From Escherichia phage 310Ecol104PP, in sequence record OR062946.1: a stretch of DNA of 64,000 nucleotides; one strand, 5' to 3'. Shown here piece after piece: positions 38,484 to 57,190 of the stretch. Below the pieces are notes generated by a model that saw nothing but the letters and a program-made list of their open reading frames with translations, searched no databases and was not told the origin of the DNA. Both the position numbers and the translations under genes were made by a program. Numbering within the stretch: the stretch's first letter is position 1; the number at the start of each line of letters is the position of its first letter.

Positions 38484-40291
38484 TGAAACAAAATATTAAT
38501 ATCGGTAATGTTGTTGATGATGGTACCGGTGACTACCTGCGTAAAGGTGGTATAAAAATAAATGAAAACTTTGATGAGCTTTATTACGAGCTTGGTGATG
38601 GAGATGTTCCATATTCAGCCGGTGCCTGGAAAACTTATGATGCTTCATCTGGTCAAACATTAAAAGCTGAGTGGGGAAAATCATACGCTATTAATACCTC
38701 TTCTGGAAGAGTGACTATAAATCTTCCAAAAGGAACTGTCAATGATTACAACAAGGTAATTAGAGCTAGAGACGTATTTGCTACATGGAACGTCAACCCA
38801 GTTACATTAGTAGCTGCTTCCGGCGATACGATTAAAGGGTCTGCAGTACCAGTTGAAATTAATGTTCAATTCAGCGATTTGGAATTAGTGTATTGCGCCC
38901 CAGGACGTTGGGAATATGTCAAAAATAAACAAATTGACAAAATTACCAGTTCAGACATTAGTAATGTAGCTCGTAAAGAATTTTTAGTCGAAGTCCAAGG
39001 ACAAACAGACTTTTTAGATGTTTTCCGTGGAACTAGTTATAATGTAAATAACATCAGAGTAAAACATCGTGGTAACGAATTGTATTACGGCGATGTATTT
39101 AGTGAAAACAGTGATTTTGGCTCTCCGGGCGAAAATGAAGGCGAATTAGTTCCTCTTGATGGATTTAATATTCGATTAAGACAGCCTTGTAATATTGGTG
39201 ACACTGTTCAAATTGAAACATTTATGGACGGTGTATCACAGTGGAGAAGTTCATACACAAGACGCCAAATTAGACTGTTAGATTCAAAATTAACGTCAAA
39301 AACTTCTTTAGAAGGAAGCATTTACGTTACTGATTTATCAACAATGAAATCAATTCCATTTTCAGCTTTTGGATTAATTCCAGGTGAACCTATTAATCCT
39401 AATTCTCTCGAGGTTCGTTTTAATGGAATTTTACAAGAATTGGCCGGAACAGTTGGAATGCCATTATTTCATTGTGTTGGTGCTGATTCAGACGATGAAG
39501 TAGAATGCGCTGTTCTAGGTGGAACTTGGGAACAGTCTCATACCGATTACTCAGTTGAAACTGATGAAAACGGCATACCGGAAATTTTACATTTCGATAG
39601 AGTATTTGAGCATGGTGACATTATCAATATCACCTGGTTTAATAATGATTTAGGTACATTATTAACAAAAGATGAGATTATTGATGAAACTGATAATCTC
39701 TATGTATCACAAGGACCGGGAGTAGATATTTCTGGTGATGTAAATTTAACAGACTTCGATAAAATTGGTTGGCCAAATGTAGAAGCAGTTCAATCCTATC
39801 AACGCGAATTTAATGCTGTTTCAAATATCTTTGATACGATTTATCCTATCGGAACTATATATGAAAACGCTGTTAATCCAAATAACCCTGTTACATATAT
39901 GGGATTCGGCTCATGGAAATTATTTGGGCAAGGAAAAGTTTTAGTTGGATGGAATGAAGATATTTCGGACCCTAACTTTGCTCTAAATAACAACGATTTA
40001 GATTCTGGCGGAAATCCTTCGCATACTGCAGGTGGAACAGGTGGTTCTACTTCTGTTACATTGGAAAATGCTAATCTTCCTGCAACTGAAACAGATGAAG
40101 AAGTTCTAATAGTTGATGAAAATGGATCAGTCATTGTTGGTGGGTGTCAATACGATCCAGATGAATCCGGTCCAATTTACACTAAATACCGTGAAGCTAA
40201 AGCATCTACTAACTCTACTCACACTCCGCCAACATCAATAACTAACATTCAACCATATATTACAGTTTATCGTTGGATAAGGATTGCATAA
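38483..40291 (+). CDS. 10: baseplate wedge subunit and tail pin gp10
   Basis: 602 aa in T4 order. Confidence 0.95.
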   Translation: MKQNINIGNVVDDGTGDYLRKGGIKINENFDELYYELGDGDVPYSAGAWKTYDASSGQTLKAEWGKSYAINTSSGRVTINLPKGTVNDYNKVIRARDVFATWNVNPVTLVAASGDTIKGSAVPVEINVQFSDLELVYCAPGRWEYVKNKQIDKITSSDISNVARKEFLVEVQGQTDFLDVFRGTSYNVNNIRVKHRGNELYYGDVFSENSDFGSPGENEGELVPLDGFNIRLRQPCNIGDTVQIETFMDGVSQWRSSYTRRQIRLLDSKLTSKTSLEGSIYVTDLSTMKSIPFSAFGLIPGEPINPNSLEVRFNGILQELAGTVGMPLFHCVGADSDDEVECAVLGGTWEQSHTDYSVETDENGIPEILHFDRVFEHGDIINITWFNNDLGTLLTKDEIIDETDNLYVSQGPGVDISGDVNLTDFDKIGWPNVEAVQSYQREFNAVSNIFDTIYPIGTIYENAVNPNNPVTYMGFGSWKLFGQGKVLVGWNEDISDPNFALNNNDLDSGGNPSHTAGGTGGSTSVTLENANLPATETDEEVLIVDENGSVIVGGCQYDPDESGPIYTKYREAKASTNSTHTPPTSITNIQPYITVYRWIRIA

Positions 40292-40950
40292 TGAGTTTAC
40301 TTAATAATAAAGCGGGAGTTATTTCCCGCTTAGCCGATTTTCTTGGTTTTAGACCTAAAACTGGCGACATCGATGTAATGAATCGTCAATCAGTTGGGTC
40401 AGTGACAATTTCTCAATTAGCGAAAGGATTTTATGAACCAAACATAGAATCAGCTATTAATGATGTTCATAATTTTTCTATAAAAGACGTTGGTACAATT
40501 ATTACTAATAAAACTGGTGTTTCTCCTGAGGGTGTTTCTCAAACTGATTATTGGGCATTTTCAGGAACTGTGACAGATGATTCGCTTCCTCCTGGTTCTC
40601 CTGTTACTGTATTAGTATTTGGTCTTCCAGTTTCAGCAACAACTGGAATGACAGCTATTGAGTTTGTCGCCAAAGTTCGTGTTGCACTGCAAGAAGCTAT
40701 TTCGTCATTTACTGCTATCAATTCATATAAAGACCATCCAACCGATGGTAGTAAATTAGAAGTTACTTATTTAGATAATCAGAAACATGTATTAAGCACA
40801 TATTCTACATATGGAATAACTATTTCCCAAGAAATTATTTCCGAATCTAAGCCTGGATATGGCACATGGAATTTGCTTGGTGCACAAACTGTAACTTTAG
40901 ATAATCAGCAAACTCCAATAGTACTTTATCATTTTGAGAGAACAGCATGA
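40291..40950 (+). CDS. 11: baseplate wedge subunit and tail pin gp11
   Basis: ATG at 40291 ([20 protein letters not shown]) overlapping gp10 stop; 219 aa; track ORF begins at an upstream TTG. Confidence 0.95.
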   Translation: MSLLNNKAGVISRLADFLGFRPKTGDIDVMNRQSVGSVTISQLAKGFYEPNIESAINDVHNFSIKDVGTIITNKTGVSPEGVSQTDYWAFSGTVTDDSLPPGSPVTVLVFGLPVSATTGMTAIEFVAKVRVALQEAISSFTAINSYKDHPTDGSKLEVTYLDNQKHVLSTYSTYGITISQEIISESKPGYGTWNLLGAQTVTLDNQQTPIVLYHFERTA

Positions 40951-42530
40951 GTAATAATACATACCAACACGTTTCTAATGAATCTCGCTATGTAAAATTT
41001 GATCCAACTGGCACAAATTTTCCAGCAGAGATTACTGATGTTCAGGCTGCTATAGCAGCCATTTCTCCTGCTGGTGTAAATGGAGTTCCTGATGCATCAT
41101 CAACAACAAAAGGAATTTTATTTCTTGCTACAGAACAGGAAGTTATCGATGGAACTGATAATACAAAGGCAGTTACACCAGCAACATTGGCAACAAGATT
41201 ATCTTATCCAAACGCAACTGAAACTGTTTATGGATTAACAAGATATTCAACCAATGACGAAGCAATTGCGGGAGTTAATAATGAATCTTCTATAACTCCT
41301 GCTAAATTTACTGTTGCCCTTAATAATGCCTTTGAAACTCGTGTTTCAACTGAATCGAAGAATGGAGTTATTAAAATTTCATCTCTACCGCAAGCATTAG
41401 CTGGCGCAGATGATACTACTGCAATGACTCCATTAAAAACGCAGCAGTTAGCTATTAAATTAATTGCGCAAATTGCTCCTTCTGAAACCACAGCTACCGA
41501 ATCGGACCAAGGTGTTGTTCAATTAGCAACAGTAGCGCAGGTTCGTCAGGGAACTTTAAGAGAAGGCTATGCAATTTCTCCTTATACGTTTATGAATTCA
41601 TCTGCTACTGAAGAATATAAAGGCGTAATTAAATTAGGAACACAATCAGAAGTTAACTCGAATAATGCTTCTGTTGCGGTTACTGGCGCAACTCTTAATG
41701 GTCGTGGTTCTACAACGTCAATGAGAGGCGTAGTTAGATTAACAACAACGGCCGGTTCACAGAGTGGAGGAGATGCTTCATCAGCCTTAGCTTGGAATGC
41801 TGACGTTATCCACCAAAGAGGCGGTCAAACTATCAATGGAACACTTCGCATTAATAACACGCTTACAATAGCTTCAGGTGGAGCAAATATTACCGGAACA
41901 GTTAACATGACCGGTGGTTATATTCAAGGTAAGCGTGTCGTAACACAAAATGAAATTGATAGAACTATTCCTGTCGGAGCTATTATGATGTGGGCCGCTG
42001 ATAGTCTTCCTAGTGATGCTTGGCGTTTTTGCCACGGTGGAACTGTTTCAGCGTCGGATTGCCCATTATATGCTTCTAGAATTGGAACAAGATACGGCGG
42101 AAGCTCATCAAATCCCGGATTGCCTGACATGCGTGGTCTTTTTGTTCGTGGTTCTGGTCGTGGCTCTCACTTAACAAATCCAAATGTTAATGGTAATGAC
42201 CAATTTGGTAAACCTAGATTAGGTGTAGGTTGTACTGGTGGATATGTTGGTGAAGTACAGAAACAGCAGATGTCTTATCATAAACATGCTGGTGGATTTG
42301 GTGAGCATGATGATTCTGGGGCATTCGGTAATACCCGTAGATCAAATTTTGTTGGTACACGTAAAGGACTTGACTGGGATAACCGTTCATACTTCACCAA
42401 TGATGGATATGAAATTGACCCGGCATCGCAGCGAAATTCCAAATATACGTTAAATCGCCCTGAATTAATTGGAAATGAAACACGTCCATGGAACATTTCT
42501 TTAAACTACATAATTAAGGTAAAAGAATGA
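40947..42530 (+). CDS. 12: short tail fiber protein gp12
   Basis: 527 aa in T4 order. Confidence 0.95.
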   Translation: MSNNTYQHVSNESRYVKFDPTGTNFPAEITDVQAAIAAISPAGVNGVPDASSTTKGILFLATEQEVIDGTDNTKAVTPATLATRLSYPNATETVYGLTRYSTNDEAIAGVNNESSITPAKFTVALNNAFETRVSTESKNGVIKISSLPQALAGADDTTAMTPLKTQQLAIKLIAQIAPSETTATESDQGVVQLATVAQVRQGTLREGYAISPYTFMNSSATEEYKGVIKLGTQSEVNSNNASVAVTGATLNGRGSTTSMRGVVRLTTTAGSQSGGDASSALAWNADVIHQRGGQTINGTLRINNTLTIASGGANITGTVNMTGGYIQGKRVVTQNEIDRTIPVGAIMMWAADSLPSDAWRFCHGGTVSASDCPLYASRIGTRYGGSSSNPGLPDMRGLFVRGSGRGSHLTNPNVNGNDQFGKPRLGVGCTGGYVGEVQKQQMSYHKHAGGFGEHDDSGAFGNTRRSNFVGTRKGLDWDNRSYFTNDGYEIDPASQRNSKYTLNRPELIGNETRPWNISLNYIIKVKE

Positions 42531-43990
42531 CAGATATTGTACTGAATGACTTACCATTCGTTGACGGCCCTCCTGCAGAGGGCCAGAGCCGCATTTCCTG
42601 GATTAAAAACGGCGAAGAAATATTAGGAGCTGACACACAGTATGGAAGCGAAGGTTCAATGAATAGACCTACAGTTTCTGTACTAAGAAATGTTGAAGTT
42701 CTTGATAAAAACATTGGAATACTTAAAACATCTTTAGAAACCGCAAATAGTGATATTAAAACAATTCAGGGCATCTTAGATGTATCTGGTGATATTGAAG
42801 CTTTGGCCCAAATAAGTATCAATAAAAATGATATTTCTGACCTTAAAACGCTAACCAGTGAACATACAGAAATATTAAATGGGACTAATAGTACAGTTGA
42901 CAGCATTCTTGCTGATATTGGTCCATTTAACTCCGAGGCCAACTCTGTATACAGAACGATCAGAAATGATTTACTATGGATAAAGCGTGAACTTGGACAA
43001 TACACAGGTCAAGATATTAATGGTCTTCCTGTTGTAGGAAATCCTAGTAGTGGAATGAAGCATCGCATTATTAATAATACTGATGTCATTACTTCACAGG
43101 GAATACGTTTAAGCGAATTAGAAACAAAATTTATTGAATCTGATGTAGGTTCTTTGACTATTGAAGTTGGTAATCTTCGCGAAGAGCTTGGACCAAAACC
43201 ACCGTCATTTTCACAGAACGTTTACAGTCGTTTAAATGAAATTGACACTAAACAGACAACAGTTGAGTCTGACATTAGTGCTATTAAGACCTCAATAGGA
43301 TATCCAGGAAATAATTCGATTATCACGAGTGTTAATACAAACACTGATAATATTGCATCTATTAATTTAGAGCTAAATCAAAGTGGAGGTATTAAACAAC
43401 GTTTAACCGTTATTGAAACTTCTATTGGTTCAGACGATATTCCTTCGAGTATTAAAGGCCAAATTAAAGATAATACAACTTCAATCGAATCTTTAAATGG
43501 AATCGTCGGTGAAAACACTTCATCTGGTTTAAGAGCGAATGTTTCATGGTTAAACCAAATTGTTGGAACTGATTCTAGTGGTGGACAACCTTCTCCTCCT
43601 GGGTCTCTTTTAAACCGAGTTTCTACAATTGAAACTTCTGTTTCAGGCTTGAATAATGATGTTCAAAACCTACAAGTAGAGATTGGTAATAACAGCACAG
43701 GAATTAAAGGGCAAGTTGTAGCGTTAAATACTTTAGTAAATGGAACTAATCCAAACGGTTCAACTGTTGAAGAACGCGGATTAACCAATTCAATAAAAGC
43801 TAACGAAACCAACATTGCATCAGTTACACAAGAAGTGAATGCAGCTAAAGGCAATATATCTTCTTTACAAGGCGATGTTCAAGCTCTCCAAGAAGCCGGT
43901 TATATTCCTGAAGCGCCAAGAGATGGGCAAGCTTACGTTCGTAAAGACGGCGAATGGGTATTGCTTTCTACCTTTTTATCACCAGCATAA
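42527..43990 (+). CDS. wac: fibritin (whisker antigen control)
   Basis: 487 aa; C-terminal foldon [27 protein letters not shown]. Confidence 0.97.
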   Translation: MTDIVLNDLPFVDGPPAEGQSRISWIKNGEEILGADTQYGSEGSMNRPTVSVLRNVEVLDKNIGILKTSLETANSDIKTIQGILDVSGDIEALAQISINKNDISDLKTLTSEHTEILNGTNSTVDSILADIGPFNSEANSVYRTIRNDLLWIKRELGQYTGQDINGLPVVGNPSSGMKHRIINNTDVITSQGIRLSELETKFIESDVGSLTIEVGNLREELGPKPPSFSQNVYSRLNEIDTKQTTVESDISAIKTSIGYPGNNSIITSVNTNTDNIASINLELNQSGGIKQRLTVIETSIGSDDIPSSIKGQIKDNTTSIESLNGIVGENTSSGLRANVSWLNQIVGTDSSGGQPSPPGSLLNRVSTIETSVSGLNNDVQNLQVEIGNNSTGIKGQVVALNTLVNGTNPNGSTVEERGLTNSIKANETNIASVTQEVNAAKGNISSLQGDVQALQEAGYIPEAPRDGQAYVRKDGEWVLLSTFLSPA

Positions 43991-44021
43991 CATGGGGCCG
44001 CAAGGCCCCAAAGGATTTTAA

Positions 44022-45723
<1,702 letters not shown>

Positions 45724-45764
45724 TAAATATTATAAACTAATTAAAGCCCAGATTAGGAGAAATC

Positions 45765-48905
<3,141 letters not shown>

Positions 48906-48933
48906 TATTAAAGCATATTAAAGAGGATTAAAA

Positions 48934-50913
48934 ATGACTTTATTATCTCCGGGCATTGAGCTCAAAGAAACTACGGTTCAAAGCACCGTGGTTAATAACT
49001 CTACTGGTACAGCAGCTTTGGCCGGTAAATTCCAGTGGGGTCCTGCTTTTCAGATTAAACAGGTTACAAATGAAGTAGATTTAGTTAATACTTTTGGTCA
49101 ACCAACCGCTGAAACTGCTGACTATTTTATGTCTGCAATGAATTTCTTGCAATACGGAAATGATTTGCGAGTTGTGCGTGCTGTCGATAGAGATACCGCT
49201 AAAAACTCATCTCCAATTGCCGGTAATATTGAATACACTATTTCTACCCCAGGTAGTAACTACGCGGTTGGAGATAAAATCACGGTCAAATATGTTTCAG
49301 ATGCTATTGAAACTGAAGGTAAAATTACTGAAGTAGACACAGATGGAAAAATTAAGAAAATTAATATTCCTACTGCAAAAATTATCGCTAAAGCTAAAGA
49401 AGTCGGTGAATATCCAGAATTAGGTTCTAACTGGACCGCGGAAATTTCTTCATCTTCCTCTGGTTTAGCTGCAGTAATAACTCTTGGAAAAATTATTACT
49501 GATTCTGGTATTTTATTAGCTGAAATTGAAAATGCTGAAGCTGCTATGACAGAGGTTGGCTTTCAAGCAAATCTCGAAAAATACGGAATTCCAGGAGTAG
49601 TAGCTCTTTATCCGGGCGAATTAGGCGATAAAATTGAAATTGAAATCGTATCTAAAGCTGACTACGCAAAAGGGGCTTCTGCATTACTGCCAATTTATCC
49701 AGGCGGTGGTACTCGTGCATCTACTGCTAAAGCTGTGTTTGGATATGGACCACAAACTGATTCACAGTACGCTATTATAGTTCGTCGCAATGATGCTATT
49801 GTTCAAAGTGTTGTTCTTTCAACTAAGCGTGGTGAAAAAGATATTTACGATAGTAACATCTATATCGATGACTTTTTCGCAAAAGGTGGTTCAGAATATA
49901 TTTTCGCAACTGCACAAAACTGGCCAGAAGGCTTCTCTGGAATTTTAACTCTGTCTGGCGGATTATCATCAAATGCTGAAGTAACAGCAGGAGATTTGAT
50001 GGAAGCTTGGGACTTCTTTGCTGACCGCGAATCTGTTGATGTTCAGTTGTTTATTGCGGGTTCTTGCGCCGGCGAATCTTTAGAAACAGCATCTACTGTC
50101 CAAAAACACGTCGTTTCAATTGGTGATGCTCGCCAAGATTGCTTAGTATTGTGCTCACCGCCGCGCGAAACTGTAGTTGGAATTCCTGTAACTCGTGCTG
50201 TTGATAACTTAGTCAATTGGAGAACTGCGACAGGTTCATACACTGATAATAACTTTAATATCAGTTCAACCTATGCAGCAATTGATGGTAACTACAAGTA
50301 TCAGTATGACAAATATAATGATGTGAATCGTTGGGTTCCATTAGCAGCTGATATTGCTGGTTTATGCGCAAGAACTGATAACGTTTCTCAGACTTGGATG
50401 TCTCCAGCTGGTTATAATCGTGGCCAGATTCTTAACGTTATTAAACTTGCTATTGAAACTCGCCAGGCGCAGCGCGACCGTTTATACCAAGAAGCTATCA
50501 ACCCGGTAACCGGTACAGGTGGTGATGGTTACGTATTGTATGGTGATAAAACAGCTACTTCTGTTCCTTCTCCATTTGATCGTATTAACGTTCGTCGTCT
50601 GTTTAATATGTTGAAAACGAATATCGGACGTAGTTCAAAATATCGTTTGTTCGAATTAAACAACGCGTTTACCCGTTCATCATTCCGCACAGAAACTGCC
50701 CAGTACTTACAGGGAATTAAAGCTCTCGGTGGAATTTATGAATATCGTGTAGTTTGCGATACAACAAATAACACTCCGTCAGTAATTGATAGAAATGAGT
50801 TTGTTGCAACATTCTACATCCAACCGGCTAGAAGCATTAACTACATTACCTTGAACTTCGTAGCAACTGCTACTGGTGCAGATTTCGATGAGTTAACTGG
50901 TCTTGCAGGTTAA
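48934..50913 (+). CDS. 18: tail sheath protein gp18
   Basis: 659 aa in T4 order. Confidence 0.95.
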   Translation: MTLLSPGIELKETTVQSTVVNNSTGTAALAGKFQWGPAFQIKQVTNEVDLVNTFGQPTAETADYFMSAMNFLQYGNDLRVVRAVDRDTAKNSSPIAGNIEYTISTPGSNYAVGDKITVKYVSDAIETEGKITEVDTDGKIKKINIPTAKIIAKAKEVGEYPELGSNWTAEISSSSSGLAAVITLGKIITDSGILLAEIENAEAAMTEVGFQANLEKYGIPGVVALYPGELGDKIEIEIVSKADYAKGASALLPIYPGGGTRASTAKAVFGYGPQTDSQYAIIVRRNDAIVQSVVLSTKRGEKDIYDSNIYIDDFFAKGGSEYIFATAQNWPEGFSGILTLSGGLSSNAEVTAGDLMEAWDFFADRESVDVQLFIAGSCAGESLETASTVQKHVVSIGDARQDCLVLCSPPRETVVGIPVTRAVDNLVNWRTATGSYTDNNFNISSTYAAIDGNYKYQYDKYNDVNRWVPLAADIAGLCARTDNVSQTWMSPAGYNRGQILNVIKLAIETRQAQRDRLYQEAINPVTGTGGDGYVLYGDKTATSVPSPFDRINVRRLFNMLKTNIGRSSKYRLFELNNAFTRSSFRTETAQYLQGIKALGGIYEYRVVCDTTNNTPSVIDRNEFVATFYIQPARSINYITLNFVATATGADFDELTGLAG

Positions 50914-50948
50914 TACAGTGCATTCTAAAGGCCTGTTTCGACAGGCCA

Positions 50949-50956
50949 TATAAATA
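50949..50956 (+). promoter_or_regulatory. T4 late promoter (TATAAATA), distal of two upstream of gene 19
   Basis: Exact TATAAATA in the 18-19 intergenic region. Confidence 0.5.
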
Positions 50957-51009
50957 CACTATATCCTTAATTCTTTAATTCTATATGCCCTAGGTTAAAC
51001 ATAGGGATA

Positions 51010-51017
51010 TATAAATA
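51010..51017 (+). promoter_or_regulatory. T4 late promoter (TATAAATA), proximal, for gene 19
   Basis: Exact TATAAATA about 15 nt upstream of the gene 19 ATG. Confidence 0.55.
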
Positions 51018-51031
51018 CTACAGAGGCTAAT

Positions 51032-51523
51032 ATGTTTGTAGATGATGTAACACGAGCGTTTGAATCTGGTGATTTTGCTCGACCTAACTTATTCCAAGTA
51101 GAAATTTCTTATCTTGGACAAAATTTTACGTTTCAATGTAAAGCCACTGCTTTACCAGCTGGTATTGTAGAAAAAATTCCAGTCGGATTCATGAACCGTA
51201 AAATTAACGTAGCAGGCGATCGTACATTCGATGACTGGACTGTTACAGTAATGAACGATGAGGCACATGATGCTCGTCAGAAGTTCGTTGATTGGCAAAG
51301 CATTGCTGCGGGGCAAGGAAACGAAATTACTGGTGGAAAACCTGCAGAGTATAAAAAGAGCGCTATCGTTCGTCAATATGCTCGTGACGCTAAAACAGTA
51401 ACAAAAGAAATTGAAATTAAAGGTCTGTGGCCTACTAACGTGGGTGAACTTCAATTAGATTGGGATTCAAACAATGAAATCCAAACATTTGAAGTAACTC
51501 TTGCTCTCGATTATTGGGAATAA
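51032..51523 (+). CDS. 19: tail tube protein gp19
   Basis: 163 aa MFVDDVTRAFESGDF in T4 order. Confidence 0.95.
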   Translation: MFVDDVTRAFESGDFARPNLFQVEISYLGQNFTFQCKATALPAGIVEKIPVGFMNRKINVAGDRTFDDWTVTVMNDEAHDARQKFVDWQSIAAGQGNEITGGKPAEYKKSAIVRQYARDAKTVTKEIEIKGLWPTNVGELQLDWDSNNEIQTFEVTLALDYWE

Positions 51524-51555
51524 AATGAATGGGGAGAAATCCCCATCCTGCTTAA

Positions 51556-53180
<1,625 letters not shown>

Positions 53181-53181
<1 letters not shown>

Positions 53182-53387
53182 TGGAAGGTTTAATTGAAGC
53201 TATTAAATCAAACGACCTCGTAGCCGCTCGTAAATTATTTGCTGAAGCCATGGCTACAAGAACGATTGATTTAATTAAAGAAGAAAAAATCGCTATCGCT
53301 CGTAATTTCTTAATCGAAGGTGAAGAACCTGAAGACGACGAAGATGATGACGAAGACGAAGATGACGAAGACGAGGATGATGAATAA
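53181..53387 (+). CDS. 67: prohead core protein gp67 with poly-acidic C-terminus
   Basis: 68 aa between genes 20 and 68; C-terminal [21 protein letters not shown] tail. Confidence 0.85.
53322..53384 (+). repeat. GA-rich low-complexity codon repeat (Asp/Glu codons) at the gene 67 3' end
   Basis: gaagacgacgaagatgatgacgaagacgaagatgacgaagacgaggatgatgaa. Confidence 0.8.
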
Positions 53388-53812
53388 TGCTTCTGATCCC
53401 TGAAACTCATGAATTAGTTCTCGAGAATGTCGAAGCACTTATTCCTGAAGCACAGGGTCGCTTTGACGAATTGTCTTCTGCTTTAAATAAAGACGATATA
53501 AATACAATTGTCGAGAATATGCTTGATGATGAAACTGATTTAGCGGTTGCATTAGCTTCTATTAATGAAAATATGCCGTTAAATGAATTCATCGTTAAAC
53601 ATGTTTCCGCCCGTGGTGAAATTACTCGCACTAAAGACCGCAAAACGCGTGAACGTAATGCATTTCAAACCACTGGGCTGTCTAAAGCAAAACGTAGACA
53701 AATTGCTCGTAAAGCTACCAAAACGAAGATTGCCAATCCAGCAGGTCAATCTCGTGCTCAGCGTAAGCGTAAAAAAGCTCTTAAACGCCGTAAAGCATTA
53801 GGATTAAGCTAA
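53387..53812 (+). CDS. 68: prohead core protein gp68
   Basis: 141 aa in T4 order. Confidence 0.85.
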
Positions 53813-54450
53813 TGAATGAACCCCAATTACTAATTGAAACTTGGGGTCAACCTGGCGAAATTATTGATGGCGTGCCAATGCTTGAATCTCACGATGGAAA
53901 AGACTTAGGTTTAAAACCGGGTTTATACATCGAAGGAATATTCATGCAAGCGGAAGTTGTCAATAGAAATAAACGTCTTTATCCAAAACGCATATTAGAA
54001 AAAGCGGTAAAAGACTATATTAATGAGCAAGTTTTAACTAAACAAGCTCTCGGAGAATTAAATCATCCTCCACGCGCTAATGTTGACCCAATGCAAGCCG
54101 CTATCATTATAGAAGATATGTGGTGGAAAGGAAATGACGTATACGGACGAGCTCGTGTTATTGAAGGTGACCATGGTCCTGGAGATAAATTAGCAGCTAA
54201 TATTCGTGCCGGATGGATTCCAGGAGTTTCTTCTCGTGGATTAGGTTCATTGACTGACACAAATAAAGGTTATCGTATCGTAAACGAAGGATTCAAATTA
54301 ACTGTAGGTGTTGATGCAGTATGGGGTCCAAGTGCTCCAGATGCATGGGTAACTCCTAAGGAAATTACCGAATCACAGACGGCGGAAGCCGATACAAGTG
54401 CCGATGACGCCTATATGGCTCTCGCAGAGGCCATGAAAAAAGCGTTATAA
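53812..54450 (+). CDS. 21: prohead core scaffold protein and protease gp21
   Basis: 212 aa in T4 order. Confidence 0.95.
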   Translation: MNEPQLLIETWGQPGEIIDGVPMLESHDGKDLGLKPGLYIEGIFMQAEVVNRNKRLYPKRILEKAVKDYINEQVLTKQALGELNHPPRANVDPMQAAIIIEDMWWKGNDVYGRARVIEGDHGPGDKLAANIRAGWIPGVSSRGLGSLTDTNKGYRIVNEGFKLTVGVDAVWGPSAPDAWVTPKEITESQTAEADTSADDAYMALAEAMKKAL

Positions 54451-54453
54451 ATA
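54446..54453 (+). promoter_or_regulatory. T4 late promoter (TATAAATA) for gene 22
   Basis: Exact TATAAATA overlapping the gene 21 stop. Confidence 0.6.
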
Positions 54454-54480
54454 TTATTATCTAAACAACAGGACTACAAA

Positions 54481-55290
54481 ATGCTTAAAGAACAACTGAT
54501 TGCCGAAGCGCAGAAAATTGATGCTTCCGTTGCTCTTGATAGTATTTTCGAATCAGTTAATATTTCTCCGGAAGCAAAAGAAACTTTCGGCACTGTATTC
54601 GAAGCTACCGTCAAGCAGCACGCCGTTAAATTAGCTGAATCTCATATCGCTAAAATTGCTGAAAAAGCAGAAGAAGAAGTAGAAAAAAATAAAGAAGAAG
54701 CCGAAGAAAAAGCTGAGAAGAAAATCGCTGAGCAAGCTTCTAAATTCATTGACCATCTTGCGAAAGAATGGCTCGCTGAAAATAAATTAGCAGTTGATAA
54801 AGGCATCAAAGCCGAACTGTTTGAATCCATGCTTGGTGGATTAAAAGAGCTCTTTGTTGAACACAACGTTGTTGTTCCAGAAGAATCAGTTGATGTTGTG
54901 GCTGAAATGGAAGAAGAGCTGCAAGAACATAAAGAAGAATCAGCTCGTCTGTTCGAAGAACTCAATATGCGCGACGCATATATCAATTATGTGCAGCGTG
55001 AAGTGGCATTGAGCGAAAGTACTAAAGATCTGACTGAGTCTCAAAAAGAAAAAGTCTCTGCTCTGGTCGAAGGTATGGATTATTCAGATGAATTCTCAAA
55101 TAAATTGAGTGCCATCGTAGAAATGGTGAAGAAGTCTAATAAAGATGAAAGCACTATTACTGAGGGTATAAATACTCCTGATACTGAAGCAGCCGGACTG
55201 AATTTCGTCACTGAAGCTGTAGAAGATAAAGCTGCACCTGGTGCAGAAGATATTGTAAGTGTATATGCGAAAGTCGCATCTCGTTTCTAA
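54481..55290 (+). CDS. 22: prohead core scaffold protein gp22
   Basis: 269 aa acidic coiled-coil in T4 order. Confidence 0.95.
   Translation: MLKEQLIAEAQKIDASVALDSIFESVNISPEAKETFGTVFEATVKQHAVKLAESHIAKIAEKAEEEVEKNKEEAEEKAEKKIAEQASKFIDHLAKEWLAENKLAVDKGIKAELFESMLGGLKELFVEHNVVVPEESVDVVAEMEEELQEHKEESARLFEELNMRDAYINYVQREVALSESTKDLTESQKEKVSALVEGMDYSDEFSNKLSAIVEMVKKSNKDESTITEGINTPDTEAAGLNFVTEAVEDKAAPGAEDIVSVYAKVASRF
55167..55174 (+). promoter_or_regulatory. T4 late promoter (TATAAATA) for gene 23, inside the 3' end of gene 22
   Basis: Exact TATAAATA about 135 nt upstream of the gene 23 ATG. Confidence 0.55.
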
Positions 55291-55308
55291 TTTTAAAGGT
55301 TAACACAA

Positions 55309-56874
55309 ATGACTATCAAAACTAAAGCTGAACTTTTGAACAAATGGAAGCCATTACTGGAAGGTGAAGGTTTACCGGAAATTGCTAATAGCAAACAAGC
55401 GATTATCGCTAAAATCTTTGAAAACCAGGAAAAAGATTTCCAGACAGCTCCAGAGTACAAAGACGAAAAAATTGCTCAGGCATTTGGTTCTTTCTTAACA
55501 GAAGCTGAAATCGGCGGTGACCACGGTTACAATGCTACTAACATCGCCGCAGGTCAGACTTCTGGCGCAGTAACTCAGATTGGCCCAGCTGTTATGGGTA
55601 TGGTACGTCGTGCTATTCCTAACCTGATTGCTTTCGATATTTGCGGTGTTCAGCCGATGAACAGCCCGACTGGCCAGGTATTCGCACTGCGCGCAGTATA
55701 TGGTAAAGACCCAATCGCTTCCGGTGCTAAAGAAGCATTCCACCCAATGTATGGTCCAGATGCAATGTTCTCTGGTCAGGGTGCTGCTAAGAAATTCACA
55801 GCTCTGGCTGCTAGCACACAAACTACAGTAGGTGATATCTATACTCACTTCTTCCAGGACACTGGTACTGTGTATCTGCAGGCTTCTGCTCAAGTAACAA
55901 TTAGTTCTACTGCAGATGATGCAGCTAAATTAGATGCTGAAATTAAGAAACAAATGGAAGCTGGTGTACTGGTAGAAATCGCTGAAGGTATGGCTACTTC
56001 TGTCGCTGAACTTCAGGAAAGTTTCAACGGTTCTACCGATAACCCATGGAATGAAATGGGCTTCCGTATCGATAAACAAGTTATCGAAGCTAAATCTCGT
56101 CAGCTGAAAGCTGCTTACTCTATCGAATTAGCACAAGACCTCCGCGCTGTTCACGGTATGGATGCTGATGCTGAACTGTCTGGTATTCTGGCTACCGAAA
56201 TCATGCTGGAAATTAACCGTGAAGTTGTTGATTGGATTAACTACTCAGCTCAGGTTGGTAAATCTGGTATGACCCTGACTCCGGGTTCTAAAGCTGGTGT
56301 ATTTGACTTCCAGGATCCGATTGATATTCGTGGTGCTCGCTGGGCGGGTGAATCCTTTAAAGCTCTGTTGTTCCAGATTGACAAAGAAGCAGTTGAAATT
56401 GCTCGTCAGACTGGTCGTGGTGAAGGTAACTTCATTATCGCTTCCCGTAACGTAGTTAACGTTCTGGCTTCAGTTGATACCGGCATTTCTTATGCTGCAC
56501 AGGGTCTGGCTACCGGCTTTAACACTGATACTACCAAGTCAGTATTTGCTGGTGTTCTGGGTGGTAAATACCGTGTATATATCGACCAGTATGCTAAACA
56601 GGATTATTTCACTGTAGGTTATAAAGGTCCGAACGAAATGGATGCTGGTATTTACTATGCTCCATATGTAGCTCTGACTCCGCTGCGCGGTTCCGATCCG
56701 AAGAACTTCCAACCAGTAATGGGATTCAAAACTCGTTACGGTATCGGTATCAACCCATTTGCAGAATCCGCTGCTCAGGCTCCGGCTTCTCGCATTCAAA
56801 GCGGTATGCCTTCTATTCTGAATAGCCTTGGTAAAAACGCTTACTTCCGCCGTGTATATGTTAAAGGTATCTAA
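55309..56874 (+). CDS. 23: major capsid protein gp23
   Basis: 521 aa MTIKTKAELLNKWKPLLEGEGLPEIANSKQAIIAKIFENQEKDF; recognised as T4 gp23. Confidence 0.98.
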   Translation: MTIKTKAELLNKWKPLLEGEGLPEIANSKQAIIAKIFENQEKDFQTAPEYKDEKIAQAFGSFLTEAEIGGDHGYNATNIAAGQTSGAVTQIGPAVMGMVRRAIPNLIAFDICGVQPMNSPTGQVFALRAVYGKDPIASGAKEAFHPMYGPDAMFSGQGAAKKFTALAASTQTTVGDIYTHFFQDTGTVYLQASAQVTISSTADDAAKLDAEIKKQMEAGVLVEIAEGMATSVAELQESFNGSTDNPWNEMGFRIDKQVIEAKSRQLKAAYSIELAQDLRAVHGMDADAELSGILATEIMLEINREVVDWINYSAQVGKSGMTLTPGSKAGVFDFQDPIDIRGARWAGESFKALLFQIDKEAVEIARQTGRGEGNFIIASRNVVNVLASVDTGISYAAQGLATGFNTDTTKSVFAGVLGGKYRVYIDQYAKQDYFTVGYKGPNEMDAGIYYAPYVALTPLRGSDPKNFQPVMGFKTRYGIGINPFAESAAQAPASRIQSGMPSILNSLGKNAYFRRVYVKGI

Positions 56875-56888
56875 GATATAACCTTATT

Positions 56889-56920
56889 ATGGGAGACTTC
56901 GGTCTCCCATTCTTGTTTCT
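56889..56920 (+). terminator. rho-independent terminator after gene 23
   Basis: Hairpin gggagacttcggtctccc followed by a T-rich run. Confidence 0.6.
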
Positions 56921-56970
56921 ATACTACGCAATCTTAACTCGACGGTTGATGATATCACGGAAGTCAATAC

Positions 56971-56997
56971 GATTTTCTTGGATTTTCTTGGATTTTC
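56971..56997. repeat. 10-bp tandem direct repeat (gattttcttg x 2.7)
   Basis: gattttcttggattttcttggattttc at the 3' end of the small minus-strand ORF. Confidence 0.9.
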
Positions 56998-57190
56998 AGC
57001 CAGTTACCAGATTTGTCTTTGGTATGGGTAGAATATTCACCATTCCACCAGAAGTCAGTATGGTTTCATATTTCTTAACTAACGCATTCACTGCATTACC
57101 GTTAGGATTGGAACCATATTTTTCTACCAGGGCTTTAATGTCTTTATCAAGAGCGGAAAGAGTAGTACGAATAAAGTTTAACTTGTTCAT
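56996..57190 (-). CDS. small early-strand protein in the 23-24 intergenic region (64 aa)
   Basis: ATG at 57188-57190 with SD GAGGAG 7 nt upstream and an early promoter module; Lys-rich helical. Confidence 0.55.
   Translation of the reverse strand: MNKLNFIRTTLSALDKDIKALVEKYGSNPNGNAVNALVKKYETILTSGGMVNILPIPKTNLVTG

Noticed and set aside
54642-55893. Minus-strand ORFs 54642-54986 and 55495-55893 inside genes 22 and 23
   Set aside because: Fully antisense to highly conserved structural genes; Ser/Cys-rich low-complexity translations; no promoter or RBS context.
56971-56997. Possible CRISPR-like or satellite repeat
   Set aside because: Only 2.7 copies of a 10-bp unit with no spacers; a simple tandem repeat, not a CRISPR array.
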